DNA of 64,000 nucleotides. Origin: Octopus sinensis (lineage: Eukaryota). Positions 13,893-26,125 of this stretch are shown here, piece by piece. The notes under the pieces were generated by a model. That model saw only the letters and a program-made list of their open reading frames with translations. It did not search any database and was not told the DNA's origin. How positions within the stretch are numbered: position 1 is the first letter of the stretch; each line of letters opens with the position of its first letter. The stretch is from assembly GCF_006345805.1 (NCBI RefSeq), contig NC_043002.1, positions 99,138,001-99,202,000 on the forward strand. The letters are read 5' to 3'. The translations under genes and the position numbers were made by a program.

Positions 13893-14165
13893 TCATCATC
13901 ATCATTGTTCGACCGTGGTCGAGACAATGGAATTTACCATGCTACGCCAGACTTCACGGTCCATCATGGCATTACGGAGGTCCTGTTGCTGGATGCCTGT
14001 ATCCCTGGAGATTACATCAGGGTAGGAGAGTGTGCGCCCTCTGGTATTGCGAGTAGATGGCTTCCAGAGGAGAAGAGTAGAAATTACTTTTTTTTCAGCT
14101 CTACAACAATGTCCAGCAAACTGGACTCTCCTACCTTTCTTGTGAAAGCTTCTTACTATTCCTAG
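13893..14165 (-). mobile_element. RTE-type LINE 3' fragment with (TGA)n tail
   Basis: Minus strand reads RRVQFAGHCCRAE..LLLWKPSTRNTRGRTLSYPDVISRDTG..MMDREVWRSMV..EQ* then tgatgatga. Confidence 0.8.
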
Positions 14166-14998
14166 TAGGCAAGCGTCTTTGTAGGGACCTTGTTATTAAT
14201 TCAGGTATTTTATAAAACCGATTAAATGAGCCACATATTTCCAACCATTTTTGTGCTATTGTCCCAAAGCGAAAACACATCAATATTAGCGAGTTCAGCT
14301 GTAACGAATCCTCAGAACGAACAAATGGTTCACATCTCAATGTTATCAGTTTTGTTTATATATAAGTTCAATCGGCTATGTCACAAAATATGCTTAAGAA
14401 ACATTTAAAAGCATAACACTTTTACTCTCTACTTAAAAGATTATATTATTGAAAACAACAAATTAGGGGTGATAAAAATGACTGTCAGGAAAAAAGAAAT
14501 TTTCGTATTTTGTTTAAATATTAGATATTATAATTGAAATTTTGACATACATAACGATACAATGGATACAAGATTTTGAAATGGAAAATGAGACAGCAGC
14601 ATCTTTCCTTGCAAAAATTAAATCGACGACGGAAACGAGGATGATTTGGACATAATGTTTTGCTATACAGCAATAACTAACATTAAGCCGATTTGTACGA
14701 ATTAAATATAATTATATATTGCGTTAAAGAGAAATCAAATGATCATAAAGAATATACATAAATTAAGTAGCAGGCATAGACAATCAAACTATATGGGGGA
14801 ATAAAAGCAATGAAAATTGCAGGATTTATTTAATGAAATGGTATGTTAATTTGCTGAAATCGTTATAATGAAATAATTGGAGAATATTTTGTAAACTATA
14901 TTTATGTAGTTAATAGGATGAAAATCAGTCGCATGCAATATTTTCATCATATTTCGGTAGATATGCGGACGCATACGCACACAAATATGCATGTATAT

Positions 14999-15060
<62 letters not shown>

Positions 15061-15864
15061 CTATATATCTATATATATACACGTACGTACATACATACAT
15101 ATATATATACACACACAGACCCTCATATTTATGCGTGAGTACATGCATATGTACCTATATACGACGATACATAATTGTGGTTACTTGCAGACAAATAACA
15201 TACACGTATCCACCCGAGAAAGGAGTAATCTATAATGACTAATTATAATCAGAGAGATATTTGGAAACAATAGACAATATAACAATTATAACCTACAACT
15301 ATGAAATGCCACATATACACAGAGTTGGAACGACCCGTCCTAAGTTTATGGATGTTTGGAATTTCATTGTTTTTCCTACAAATATCTAGGTTTAGGAAAA
15401 TCAATGTTGAAAACTCTCTTGAGTTACGCTAAACAAATCCAGAATCCAAAAGCTGGTTATTTGTTGTTTAGGAATAGTACTCAAACCTTCCTCAAAATGA
15501 CACTCGACAGTCCTAAAAAATAAGGTTACATTCGATAAAATAGTTATAGGTATGTATAAAAAAGAAACGAGCTGGTCAAGTCTGAAACGTCTTTGGAAAT
15601 AAGTCTATTCGATTAGGTTTTACTTATGGTTAAACAAAATTGCAAAAATATTCATTAGTAATAACATCGTTAAGGTTTTAATTTCAGAAAGGTAAAACTA
15701 GAGAAACGTTTTCAAAATATATCAATGCAGTTTCTGTTTTCCTGGAGAAAATTAATTAAATGCAACAAGTAAAAGTATTCATCTCTGGTCTACGGTATTC
15801 TTTGTGATTTATATGACTTCGTAAGAAAAGGAAAGACAGTGCCATGATTGTTTATTGGGCAAAT

Positions 15865-16246
15865 TGGAAGCACTCCGTCGATTACGACGATGAGGGTTCC
15901 GGTTGATCCGAATCGACGGAACAGCCTGCTCGTGAAATTAACGTGTAAGTGGCTGAGCACTCCACAGACACGTGTACCCTCAACGTAGTTCTCGGAGATA
16001 TTCAGCGTGACACAGAGAGTGACAAGGCCGGCCCTTTGAAATACAGGTACAACAGAAACAGGAAGTAAGAGTGAGAGAAAGTTGTGGTGAAAGAGTACAG
16101 CAGGGATCACCACCATCCCTGCTGGAGCCTCGTGGAGCTTTAGGTATTTTCGCTCAATAAACACTCACAACGCCCGGTCTGGGAATCGAAACCGCGATCC
16201 TATGACCGCGAGTCCGCTGCCCTAACCACTGGGCCATTGCGCCTCC
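15865..16246 (-). mobile_element. tRNA-derived SINE family B, full length
   Basis: 11-bp TSD attgggcaaat at 15854-15864 and 16247-16257; Pol III A/B boxes in the head. Confidence 0.92.
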
Positions 16247-17139
16247 ATTGGGCAAATAAACCTGGTGCGAATGAAAGAGTTACCTTGCATGAAACTGTGT
16301 AGACTCCGTTAAGGACATTCTAAGGCAAACTGATGTTGATAGTAGACAGATTCAGTATACTACTAATAATCAGGACCACTTCCTCCAACTCACGCAGTTT
16401 TGAGTACCAAATTTCTCTCAAAGATTTTTGATCAATTCTAGATTAGTATAGGAAAAAATTGTTCGAGATGTTGTGCCGTGGAATCGGGCCCAAGATTACG
16501 TTCAGAGGAATAAAAATTCTAGACAACAATTATGCATGTAATGTTACCATGCATACCGTTCAGATATAACCACCTAAATACCCGAATGTTCAGGTGTCAC
16601 ATAGTAAGTACTGGATCTCACAATTAACATATTTGCCCGTCTGTAGCACTTCAACGCGGGAGAATTTATCTGTTCTATAACAGAAACAACGGCAAAATCA
16701 CCCAAATTGATTTTTCTGTCCATCAAGTAAACTTTACGAGAAACGTTTTATAGAAATATTTAAAGCTTCAGAAATTGTTTTTACTTGAAATGTATTATAA
16801 TTAAATGGAAAAATTGAATCAAAAGAAGATAATTAGATGTGCTATATAATGCCACAGTAGTATAGATACATACATATATACATACATACATACATATATA
16901 CATACATACATACATACATACATGCATACATACATACATACATATATATATGCATATATGTATATATGAAACATATATATATATATATATGAAACATATA
17001 TACATATAAAAAAAAAAATTATATATATATATATGTATGTGAATATTGAAACACACACACACATATATGTACCTGCGCATGTGTATGTATGTATGTATGT
17101 ATGTATGTATGTATGTATGTATGTGTGTATGTACGTATG

Positions 17140-17180
<41 letters not shown>

Positions 17181-17196
17181 TTATTATATAGAAGGA

Positions 17197-17245
17197 GCTT
17201 CTACAGGACTAGAACTGTTTCATTCAAGAGAAATCTTCAGGAAGC
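17197..17245 (-). ncRNA. Type I hammerhead ribozyme motif
   Basis: gcttc-CTGAAGA-t ttc tctt gaa t-GAAA-cag ttctagtc ctg-TA-gaagc: 5-bp helix I, helix III ACAG/CTGT. Confidence 0.75.
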
Positions 17246-17246
17246 A

Positions 17247-17295
17247 GATTCCTGAAGATTTCTCTTGAATGAAACAGTTCTAGTCCTGTAGAAGC
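17247..17295 (+). ncRNA. Type I hammerhead ribozyme motif (inverted twin)
   Basis: CTGAAGA 17252-17258; same core as the minus copy; helix I gattc/gaagc has one mismatch. Confidence 0.65.
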
Positions 17296-17379
17296 TCCTT
17301 CTATATAATAAATTAATTTTACTCTGCTATGTATTGAGTACCTTATTTACTGTGGTTAACCCCGAATCAACCCGGGACC

Positions 17380-17442
<63 letters not shown>

Positions 17443-18288
17443 GTACGTACATACATAAATACATACTCACAAACACATTTATGTATGAAACTAGTTGGAT
17501 TCAACTCCGTTTCTCTCGGCGGAAACGTTTATTAATGGAATGACTCATAAATGCATAAAATTTAATTACTGAACTTTGATAATATACAAGTTGTGAATAA
17601 ATATGTAATGAAGTCATCAACAGTTGTCATTGGTTTCTTCGGCTGCAAGACCACTGATCATTAAATGATAATTATGACTAACAGTGTTCGTGGAGATTCT
17701 AAGGTTACCTAGGGAACCATAATATTGGTGGAGTAAAAAAAAAAAAAAAGCTAACAAGAAAACGTGATATACATAAATTATTTTTGAAATTGTAATTGAC
17801 ATAAGGTATATGAATCTGGAAATGTTTGAAACATCAACTAAGGAGTTCTAATGGTGCAAGCGTTGGAGTGAACATTACGTCTTGTTATGCATTCATCAAA
17901 TGAATGCACTTTAGGAAGAGTTACAGTTGTGTGGACGTCCCCAGACGACGAAGTAAGCTAGCCCAATACGTAGATATAGAGGGAGAAGTCTAGACGTCAG
18001 AGTTGAGTAGCGGAGTAGAGTCATAGAAGAGTTGAGTAGTAGAGGCATCCGAACGTGCGACATAACAATTACATATAGCTGTCTATGATTAAAACTGCTA
18101 AAAATGTGTTGAAACAATAATGTATATATTGATAGCTACGTTTTGATTTGCAAGTCTTCTGAATCGTGTTTTGAAATAGATATTGTTATTTTTCGGAATG
18201 GTCTTTTTTTTTTGCCACGTAAACACACGCATCATATACTCGTCCATCACTTCAGCTTTGATATTATTATTCTTATTCTAATATCTTT

Positions 18289-18329
18289 GTTGGAAATATT
18301 TTGCCACGCCCAGTGACCTCTTCAGCGAC
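18289..18329 (-). ncRNA. Decayed hammerhead motif
   Basis: gtcg-CTGAAGA-ggtcac tgggc gtggc-aAAA-tatt-TC-caac; G12 is lost and helix I has a mismatch. Confidence 0.4.
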
Positions 18330-18888
18330 TCTCCACCCCACGCGTCTCCTCCCGTCCTGTTTAGTCCATTCTGTTCTTCTATAGTTAAAAGATGTGTCAC
18401 AAAAGATTTCAGACAAAGGACACAAAAATAAGAACAATAATAAAGAGTATAAAGGGCGTTTGTTTATATGGCGTGGCAAAAAAAAAAAAAAAGAAAAATG
18501 ACTATCCCGAACTATAGCTATGTTTGTATATTAAAATTTTAAGAATTTTCGACTAGAGAATAAAAGGTAAAACACAGACTGTGTATACAATATTCTGTGT
18601 ATACAATATTTGAACTTAGTTTGTAATGCTTTATTTAACAAATCTTAATATTCCGCACTACATTCTTATTTGCATATTACTGAAGGTACATCAGGCTAAT
18701 CATCAAGCAAGTGTCCCAGTGAGCAAATAATTGTAGGTGATGTGTCAGACACACGCATGCATGCATACAAACACATACAGACACACAAACACACGTACAT
18801 TCTTGATCATGATATATATGGTTGGGAAGTAACGTCTTACCGGTCACCTACGACTGTGTCTATACACACACACACATATATGTATACA

Positions 18889-18947
<59 letters not shown>

Positions 18948-19488
18948 TCGTTGTAGTTCGTTTGAAGCATTTTTCCCGAATTCTTCATTCATCCTTTCTC
19001 TTGATGCTTTTACTACTTTTAATGTGATAATTTTAGTTTAAATTGGTATCAAATAATTACATCAAACATATCCACAGTGCTGAATATATACATAACTTAA
19101 TTGTAATTTTTCCCAGGAGTATCATAATCTTTAGTCACTTTTTAATCACTATCTCACGTTCTGTTTTACGATTTTGGGATTGCATAATGACTCGAGAATA
19201 GCATTTTTGTGCAATCGCTGGGCTTTTCTTAAATTATCTTCAATAATAATTACTTTTCTTACTGCATAAAAATTTGTACAGAATGCGTTCAATTTAATTG
19301 TCTTCAACACCTTAATTTTTGATTAGACTGGTTCAGCTGAGTTGAATTACATATGCTATAACAATTACCTGCCTCTTAATTGTTTTATCAAGAACTTTCT
19401 ATCCTATGTCTCTCTGTATCCTCTTCCTACTCACAAACATATGCATGCACAAACAATACACACACACGCCCTTATATACATATGTATG

Positions 19489-19555
<67 letters not shown>

Positions 19556-19569
19556 TATATATATGTCTA

Positions 19570-20345
19570 ATTCTATCTATCTATCATTCCTTCTGTCTGT
19601 TGTTTCTCTCATTCAGCCTCTCTCCTTCTCTCTCTCTCTTTTCTTTCTTTTCTTTTCTTCTGTCTATCGGCGCTTTTACACTTACTTCGTTCATTCCAAT
19701 CTTCGTTCTTTCGTTTCCCCTCTCTCATATTTCCTGGCCTTCTCTTCATACTCACTTATCCTCCTCTTTCATTTCAGTGTGTCCCTTTCATTTTTTTCTC
19801 ACTCCATCTTAATTCTTCTATCCTTCTGCCTCTTACTCTCTCTCTTCACTCTCCCCACGTGACTGGTGTTCGGCCAAACCTGACCTTTATTTCTTGGTTC
19901 GACTACCATCCGTGCAACATCTATATTCCTCCCTGTGCCTGTCAAATCTTATGTCCCTGCCATAAGGCTTTACTTCCACACACGCCAGCTTAAATTATTT
20001 CGTCCTTAGTCGAAAGACACCTGTTGTTATTTCCTGTTATTTGCATTTGTATTTGTGTAACATTTCTCCTTTTTTTTCCGTGCTTGTTTTCGTATACATT
20101 CGCTGCTTTCTTCCAAGGAATAAAACGCTCTTAGCTTAGTTTTTCCTTGGGGCTTGCCAGATTGGAGCAATCTCGAGAATAACAAGCCGAAATTGCAAAG
20201 ATAATATGGAACTCGAGTGAGGTTAGAGAACTCTAAATGACCCGTGCTTGTTTTCATTGTATCGTCTGTCTAGATGATTTGTTGTCCCTTTTTTGTATCA
20301 CCTAACTGTCTGGATGCCTTGCATTCTTGTCCCATTTTTGTATTA
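19570..20345 (+). repeat. Interspersed repeat of the same family as 61120-61770 (pyrimidine-rich 5' part)
   Basis: Shared cacgccagct..agtcgaaagac(a/g)cctgttgttatttc..ttcgct..gctcttagc.tag blocks. Confidence 0.75.
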
Positions 20346-20641
20346 TATGTATATATATATATACGCATGGATATATATGTATACCCATAGTGGAATCAAT
20401 CTAAAGACACTAACTTGGAGCACCGTGTCTCTGGAAAGAGTTGCTGGATTTGTAATAATTTTCTTCAGCTTCTGTAATTCTCTATATCGTTAATATCTGT
20501 GTAAGTCGGATCATTTTGTATGTAAACACATATACATTTTTTGTATTTAACGTATTTACTATACTTTATATATTGATCTTCCTAACTTGCTTATCCCTAC
20601 ATTTACTGATGTATATGTACGTATGTATGTATGTATATATA

Positions 20642-20808
20642 GGCGCAGGAGTGGCTGTTTGGTAAGTAGTTTGCTTACCAACCATATGGTCCTGGGTTCA
20701 GTGCCACTGAGTGGCACCTTCGGCATGTGTCTTCTACTACAGCCTCGAGCCGACCAGAGCCTTGTGAGTGGATTTGGTAGACGGAAACTGGAAGAATCCC
20801 GTCGTATA

Positions 20809-20856
<48 letters not shown>

Positions 20857-20859
20857 GTG

Positions 20860-20890
<31 letters not shown>

Positions 20891-21093
20891 TGTGTGTGTG
20901 TTTGTTTATGTGTTTGTATTTGTCCCTCCGGCATCGCTTGACAGTCAATGCTAGTGTGTTTATGTCCCCGTAACGTAGTGATTCGGCAAAAAGACCAATA
21001 GAATAAGCTTCTCTGGAGTCGATTTGCTCGACTAAAGGCGGAGCTCCAACATGGCCGCAGTCAAATGACTGAAACAAGTAAAAAGAAAAAAGA
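20642..21093 (+). mobile_element. tRNA-derived SINE family A with internal (TA)n(TG)n
   Basis: ggcgcaggagtggctg..ggtaagtag..gggttcagtgccactg head; gactgaaacaagtaaaa tail. Confidence 0.92.
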
Positions 21094-21266
21094 ATATATA
21101 TAGAGTGGTTGTATACTGTCAACATAACGTGACATTCCCGTAAGGGAATTACACCACCGCAGTTTAGCCCTAGGAAGCATCGACGCTTCTTGTCGACTTT
21201 GACACATTTCCTGTGTCCTTATACTTGCGAAGGGGAGGCAAGCACCCCCTCGAGCTAGGATTCACA

Positions 21267-21313
21267 CCTGAGGACATGCATGTTTCTGGGTCTTAACCCG
21301 TCATCAGCCCAGG
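21267..21313 (-). ncRNA. Minimal type I hammerhead ribozyme
   Basis: cctggg-CTGATGA-c gggt taag accc a-GAAA-catgcatg-TC-ctcagg: 6-bp helix I, palindromic helix III ACATGCATGT, GUC cleavage triplet. Confidence 0.8.
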
Positions 21314-21330
21314 ATAGTGAGATCTGCTGA

Positions 21331-23014
21331 TTGAAATCTTTATTATAGGCACAATGGCCCGAATGAAGAGGGGACATAACAATACAATACACAGGACATG
21401 GGGTACATATAACAAAAATACAGAAAGGATGATATGAAATGAAATATTAATAATGAATTAAATGAAATGGCTTACGAGCCCCCCAAAACTCGCAGTTTCA
21501 TTTACAATTACAATTGTACTATCTGGGGCGTTCGTCAGTAATGTAAGCGAGTAATTCATCCTGTTCTATAACGCTGGGCAAACTGTCATATCGAACGTAG
21601 TGCGCTATGCACACAGCTGTATTTGAAAACAAATTTATTAATTTATTTACCGTCTCTTTATCCACAATTGCAGCCTTTATTTGGTTATGTATATCTTCGG
21701 GTTCAATTTCACTCTCGTTAGATTTTTTCATTATCGCTAATTTTTTCTCAATTTTTTTATCCTTTTTGTACAACATTACAGCTTTGAGATTTTTTTCCTT
21801 TTGGTCTTCCTCCTTCCTTGCATGTTTTCTGACATTCTTCCACTTCTGGTGACCATTTATTCGTTTCCTCCCACGTTGAACCTTCACTCACTTTCGTTGC
21901 TGTATCTCTCCCTTCGTGCGTTCGATCCTCTGTCTCGTCGGCAGACTTCTGTTTAGGTTTTTTTCTTTTTGGGGTCTTTGGGTGGTGATTCCACCCGTGT
22001 TTGCTTTCTATCCTCTTTTTCTTCTGTTCTTTCCTTTTCTTTCTCCTTCACCAACTCGTCACCAATTTCCACAGTATCTGTTGTCACGATTTCCTCTTCC
22101 GCGTGCAATTCCACAGTCTCCTTTTCTAACTCATCTGTCAAAGTCTCCATTCCTTCCTCCAGTGTTATCATCTTCTCTTGTATTTGTCTTTGGGGACACA
22201 CATCCTTCATGTGCCCTCTGCTCCTACATTTATAACACGCTGGAGGGCTCCCCTCCACCACGACTCTCAGTCGTATCTCATCGGGGAACACCAACTCCTC
22301 CGGGATGTTATACAAATCTGGCATGGTTATGTGGACCGAAACTTGCACCGCATAACCCCACCAGTTTATTTCTTTCGACTTTTCCACCTTAAGAATGTCC
22401 ACGCTCTCTTTAGAGTTGTAGATTATTGCAGCTACTATTGTTTCGGTATCAAGTTCCAGTGAGATTTTGCTTATTCGTATCCTCACTGCTCTTTTTCCAC
22501 AATAACTAGGAAGTAAAACCCATTTTCCGATTTTAACACTGTCGTTGCGTTTCTCTTCGCTTCGTCTTCATTTTCAAAACGAATGTCTACCGTAGCGTAT
22601 TTTCTACCTGTATTGTAGAAGGTAGTTCTTCTTTTAATTTCCTGTAGACATTTCTCAATCTCTTCCACCTCTGCTACTTCTATTCTCTTTGAGACCACAT
22701 TCCAAGTTCTGTATGTTATGACTTTTTTCTCTGCTTCTTTCACTTCGTCTTCAGGTGGTGTAACCCTCAGACAGTCACCTTCCTTCTTGAAGCTGTCGTA
22801 GTATTTCCTCAAATTTTCCTTCTCGACAATTATTTCTTCCAACTGTAATTCGTTCGCAGCCAGGCCTTTGCCTGCTGCTCCCGCATAAGTTTGGGCTTGC
22901 ATACCCAACGAAAAATCCAACAATTCAACACGACGCAACAGTTTCCAACAACAAAAATCAACAAAATCCAACTCACAACCGCAATACAAAATAACCGACA
23001 CGAACACTTCCAAG
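21331..23014 (-). mobile_element. ORF1-only (half-LINE, HAL1-like) non-autonomous retroelement #1
   Basis: TSD tag(t/c)gagatctgctga at 21315-21330 and 23015-23030; AATAAA on minus at 21339-21344; only an ORF1-like reading frame, with no room for EN/RT. Confidence 0.8.
21519..22902 (-). pseudogene. Frameshifted Tx1/L1-type ORF1 (RRM-like region, CCHC zinc knuckle, charged linker, C-terminal domain)
   Basis: ORFs 22483-23013, 21953-22486 and 21519-21887 join; MQAQTYAGAA N-terminus, GRKYATVDIRF, VLLPSYCGKR across the frameshift, CYKCRSRGHMKDVC knuckle. Confidence 0.8.
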
Positions 23015-23148
23015 TAGCGAGATCTGCTGAGTGAGATGCCTGTCTAGCCTTCGCAAATATATATATTTACAGTGAAATCTATTCACTGGTCACCGTAATT
23101 GGAAATATTAAATTTCTAAATGTCTCAAAGAGACATGAGCGGTGGTGG

Positions 23149-23538
23149 ATGGATGGAAGCACTCCGTCGGTTACGACGACGAGGGTTCCGGTTGATCCGA
23201 ATCAACGGAACAGCCTGCTCGTGAAATTAACGTGTAAGTGGCTGAACACTCCACAAACACGTGTACCCTTAACGTAGTTCTCGGGGATATTCAGCGTGAC
23301 ACAGGGAGTGACAAGGCCGGCCCTTTGAAATACAGGTACAACAGAAACAGGAAGTAAGAGTGAGAGAAAATTGTGGTGAAAGAGTACAGCAGGGATCACC
23401 ACCATCCCCTGCCGGAGTCTCGTGGAGCTTTAGGCGTTTTCGTTCAATAAACACTCACAACGCCCGGTCTGGGAATTGAAACCGCGATCCTATGACCGCG
23501 AGTCCGCTGCCCTAACCACTGGGTCATTGCGCCTCCAC
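23149..23538 (-). mobile_element. tRNA-derived SINE family B, full length
   Basis: TSD gag(c/t)ggtggtgg at 23137-23148 and 23541-23552. Confidence 0.92.
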
Positions 23539-23900
23539 AAGAGTGGTGGTGGGGCGATAGAGTGGTTGTATACTGTCAACATGACGTGAATTAATTTCCA
23601 CTGTACCTTTATGCGGCAATCTTTAATTTCGGTATCATTTCACATGCAACATCTTAGTTATGGTTCACATAAAACCTTTTAAAAACTTCCAGTTTGGAGG
23701 AATTAACATCAACAGGATATCTTATATCACACACCTCGTCCTTATACTTCATGGAAGATCACTCGAACTTTTCACACCATGAAATCCTCGAACCAAGTAA
23801 ATTCTTGTATTTTTATTTTCCTTTCTTCTTCGAGTTTTTGCATGGATTCTTTTGCGTAGAGACTTAATTACATTTGGGATGCTAAACAGAATATATATAT

Positions 23901-24022
23901 ATTGGCCTGCACGCGTAGCCAGCGGGGTGGCGTCATTGGAAGGCTAAAACAATGCGAACCCATTGTGACCAGCGATGTGTAGCAACATCTGATGGTCTGG
24001 TCGGTAACGTGATCACGTGATA
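23901..24022 (+). repeat. Short interspersed element of about 120 bp ending in cacgtgatcacgtga (second copy at 56589-56712, inverted)
   Basis: Two copies in the window, both adjacent to (TA)n. Confidence 0.75.
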
Positions 24023-24059
24023 TCAATATATATAAATACATACATACACAGACCCCCCC

Positions 24060-24106
<47 letters not shown>

Positions 24107-24123
24107 GCATATGTGTAGTAATG

Positions 24124-24176
<53 letters not shown>

Positions 24177-24368
24177 CCAAGAATGGAATTTTTTAATATT
24201 ATAATGCATTACTAAGTGCGTTTCCACGAATCGAAACATTTTTGTGACACTAATCATCATTCATGGTATGATTATAATATAATTTGTTCATGTGTTAAAT
24301 TTATTGAGACAATATTTAAAATATTTAAAAGATTCACAGATTTCATCCTTGGATCATCATCATCGTCC

Positions 24369-24405
<37 letters not shown>

Positions 24406-24446
24406 TATTATTATTATTATCATTATTATTATTACTGTTGTTGTTG

Positions 24447-24484
<38 letters not shown>

Positions 24485-24636
24485 ATCGTTACCATATTTA
24501 TCGTACATGATGCCAGCACTGCACAGTACGATGCCATAAAACTTCTGTTGCACGTTGGAATCAAGAAGCCGTAGCAGACATAACATAGGAACTTTTATGT
24601 ACGTACTCAAAGATGTTTCCCATTAACGAACTTAAA

Positions 24637-24708
<72 letters not shown>

Positions 24709-24709
24709 A

Positions 24710-24743
<34 letters not shown>

Positions 24744-24776
24744 CATATACATATATATATATATATATATATAATA

Positions 24777-24822
<46 letters not shown>

Positions 24823-24845
24823 GTATATATATATATGTATATATG

Positions 24846-24907
<62 letters not shown>

Positions 24908-24911
24908 TATA

Positions 24912-24981
<70 letters not shown>

Positions 24982-24990
24982 TATATATGT
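24124..24990. repeat. Compound microsatellites (TAA)n, (CAT)n, (TAT)n and a long (TA)n
   Basis: Direct tandem repeats. Confidence 0.95.
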
Positions 24991-25911
24991 ATAATCCTAT
25001 TAGTCAATTCTCATACATTTAATATTTTTCTTGCGAACACCTCAAACATGCAAATGCAGACAATTAAAGGTCTTGATACCGAGCAGTAAGAGGATTATGT
25101 GCACATTTGGAGATAATTGTTTCATTGTACACAGCGCCTCCTCGCGGATATCAGGCTCTATCAACTAGATCTAACTCATTGTTCCTCTATCCACTCTGAA
25201 AATCTCCTGTTTGCCAAATCCAGAGAATTTTGTTTCAACCATGCTTCAGATATATTCTGTGATAGTATTTGATTCATCATGAACTTTGACAAGCGAAAAT
25301 AACCAGTGCTTCACTCCATTATATGGAAAACATTCTGAAACCCTTTACCATTGGAGAGCAAGTCTGCTTCAAATCAATATTATCATTTTCTTCAAAGAAA
25401 TGCTTAGGCAGAGTCGATAGTATATGAAGGAAATGACTTAAGATTTGTTGCCTTACAAATGATTATATCCGTTTTATTAATTTTAAAGTTGTGTCTAAGA
25501 TCTCGTCGGTTTCCTCCCGCAGTTTGTCAGTCATTTGTCATATAGTTAATATATAGGTTGCGTGTACAATAGACGCTACTTCCGATTCCATTATAATAGT
25601 TAAGATACGCTTTGTGTAAGACAAGATATTTTTTTTATTTAAGGCATTAAATATGTAGACTGTACAGAATGATATCACAGAAATCTACTTAAGTATGAAA
25701 GCTATTGCCAAAAGATTTATCTCGTGGTACTGATTATTTTACAATACGGAGTTCACTTGAAATGTCTAAGTATTCAGCTAGAAAAATATCACCGATTTTA
25801 TTTATGAAGTAGTAGTAGCGACTTAGAAAAACGCAACAGTATTTATATGTCAAAAATGCTTATATGCATGATTGTATACGAAAGTGAGTTCATATTAGAT
25901 GCAATAATAAG

Positions 25912-26125
25912 ATGGCGAGTTGGCAGAATCGTTACTACATCAGGAAAATACTTAGCAGCATTTCGTCCGTCCTTATATTCTGGGTTCAAATGCCGCCAGG
26001 GTCGACTTTACTTTTCATGCGTTCGAAGTCAATAATATAAGTACCAGTTGAGCACTGGGGTCGATTTATTGACTAAGAGTCTCCCTGGAAGTTGCTGGCC
26101 TTGAGCCAAAGTTTAAAATCAATAT
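25912..26125 (+). mobile_element. SINE family C
   Basis: ggcgagttggcagaatcgtta..ttctgggttcaaatgccgcc..aagtaccagttgagcactggggtcgat. Confidence 0.8.

Larger units (their letters stand above)
17179..17313. repeat. Perfect 65-bp inverted repeat (5-nt loop) of a hammerhead-bearing repeat; the element continues to about 17382
   Basis: Arms 17179-17243 and 17249-17313 are reverse complements; loop gcaga. Confidence 0.95.
21100..23589 (-). mobile_element. Retrozyme-like monomer of about 353 bp with a 33-bp terminal direct repeat, interrupted by two nested insertions
   Basis: atagagtggttgtatactgtcaacat(a/g)acgtga at 21100-21132 and 23557-23589; removing the 1700-bp and 404-bp TSD-flanked inserts leaves a 353-bp period containing one HHR. 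Confidence 0.7.

Noticed and set aside
16170-16246. tRNA-Arg-like gene (also heads at 5430, 8950, 23470 and 36950)
   Set aside because: These are heads of TSD-flanked SINEs that continue into repeat bodies, without a proper acceptor stem or terminator
17928-18116. Solo LTR (TG...CA, GC-richer island)
   Set aside because: No TSD, PBS or second copy visible
21916-22462. Plus-strand ORFs overlapping half-LINE #1 (and antisense ORFs at 40626-41675)
   Set aside because: Antisense shadows of the purine-rich ORF1 with no independent motifs
24216-24610. Poly-N/D, poly-H and poly-S/L ORFs
   Set aside because: Trinucleotide microsatellites
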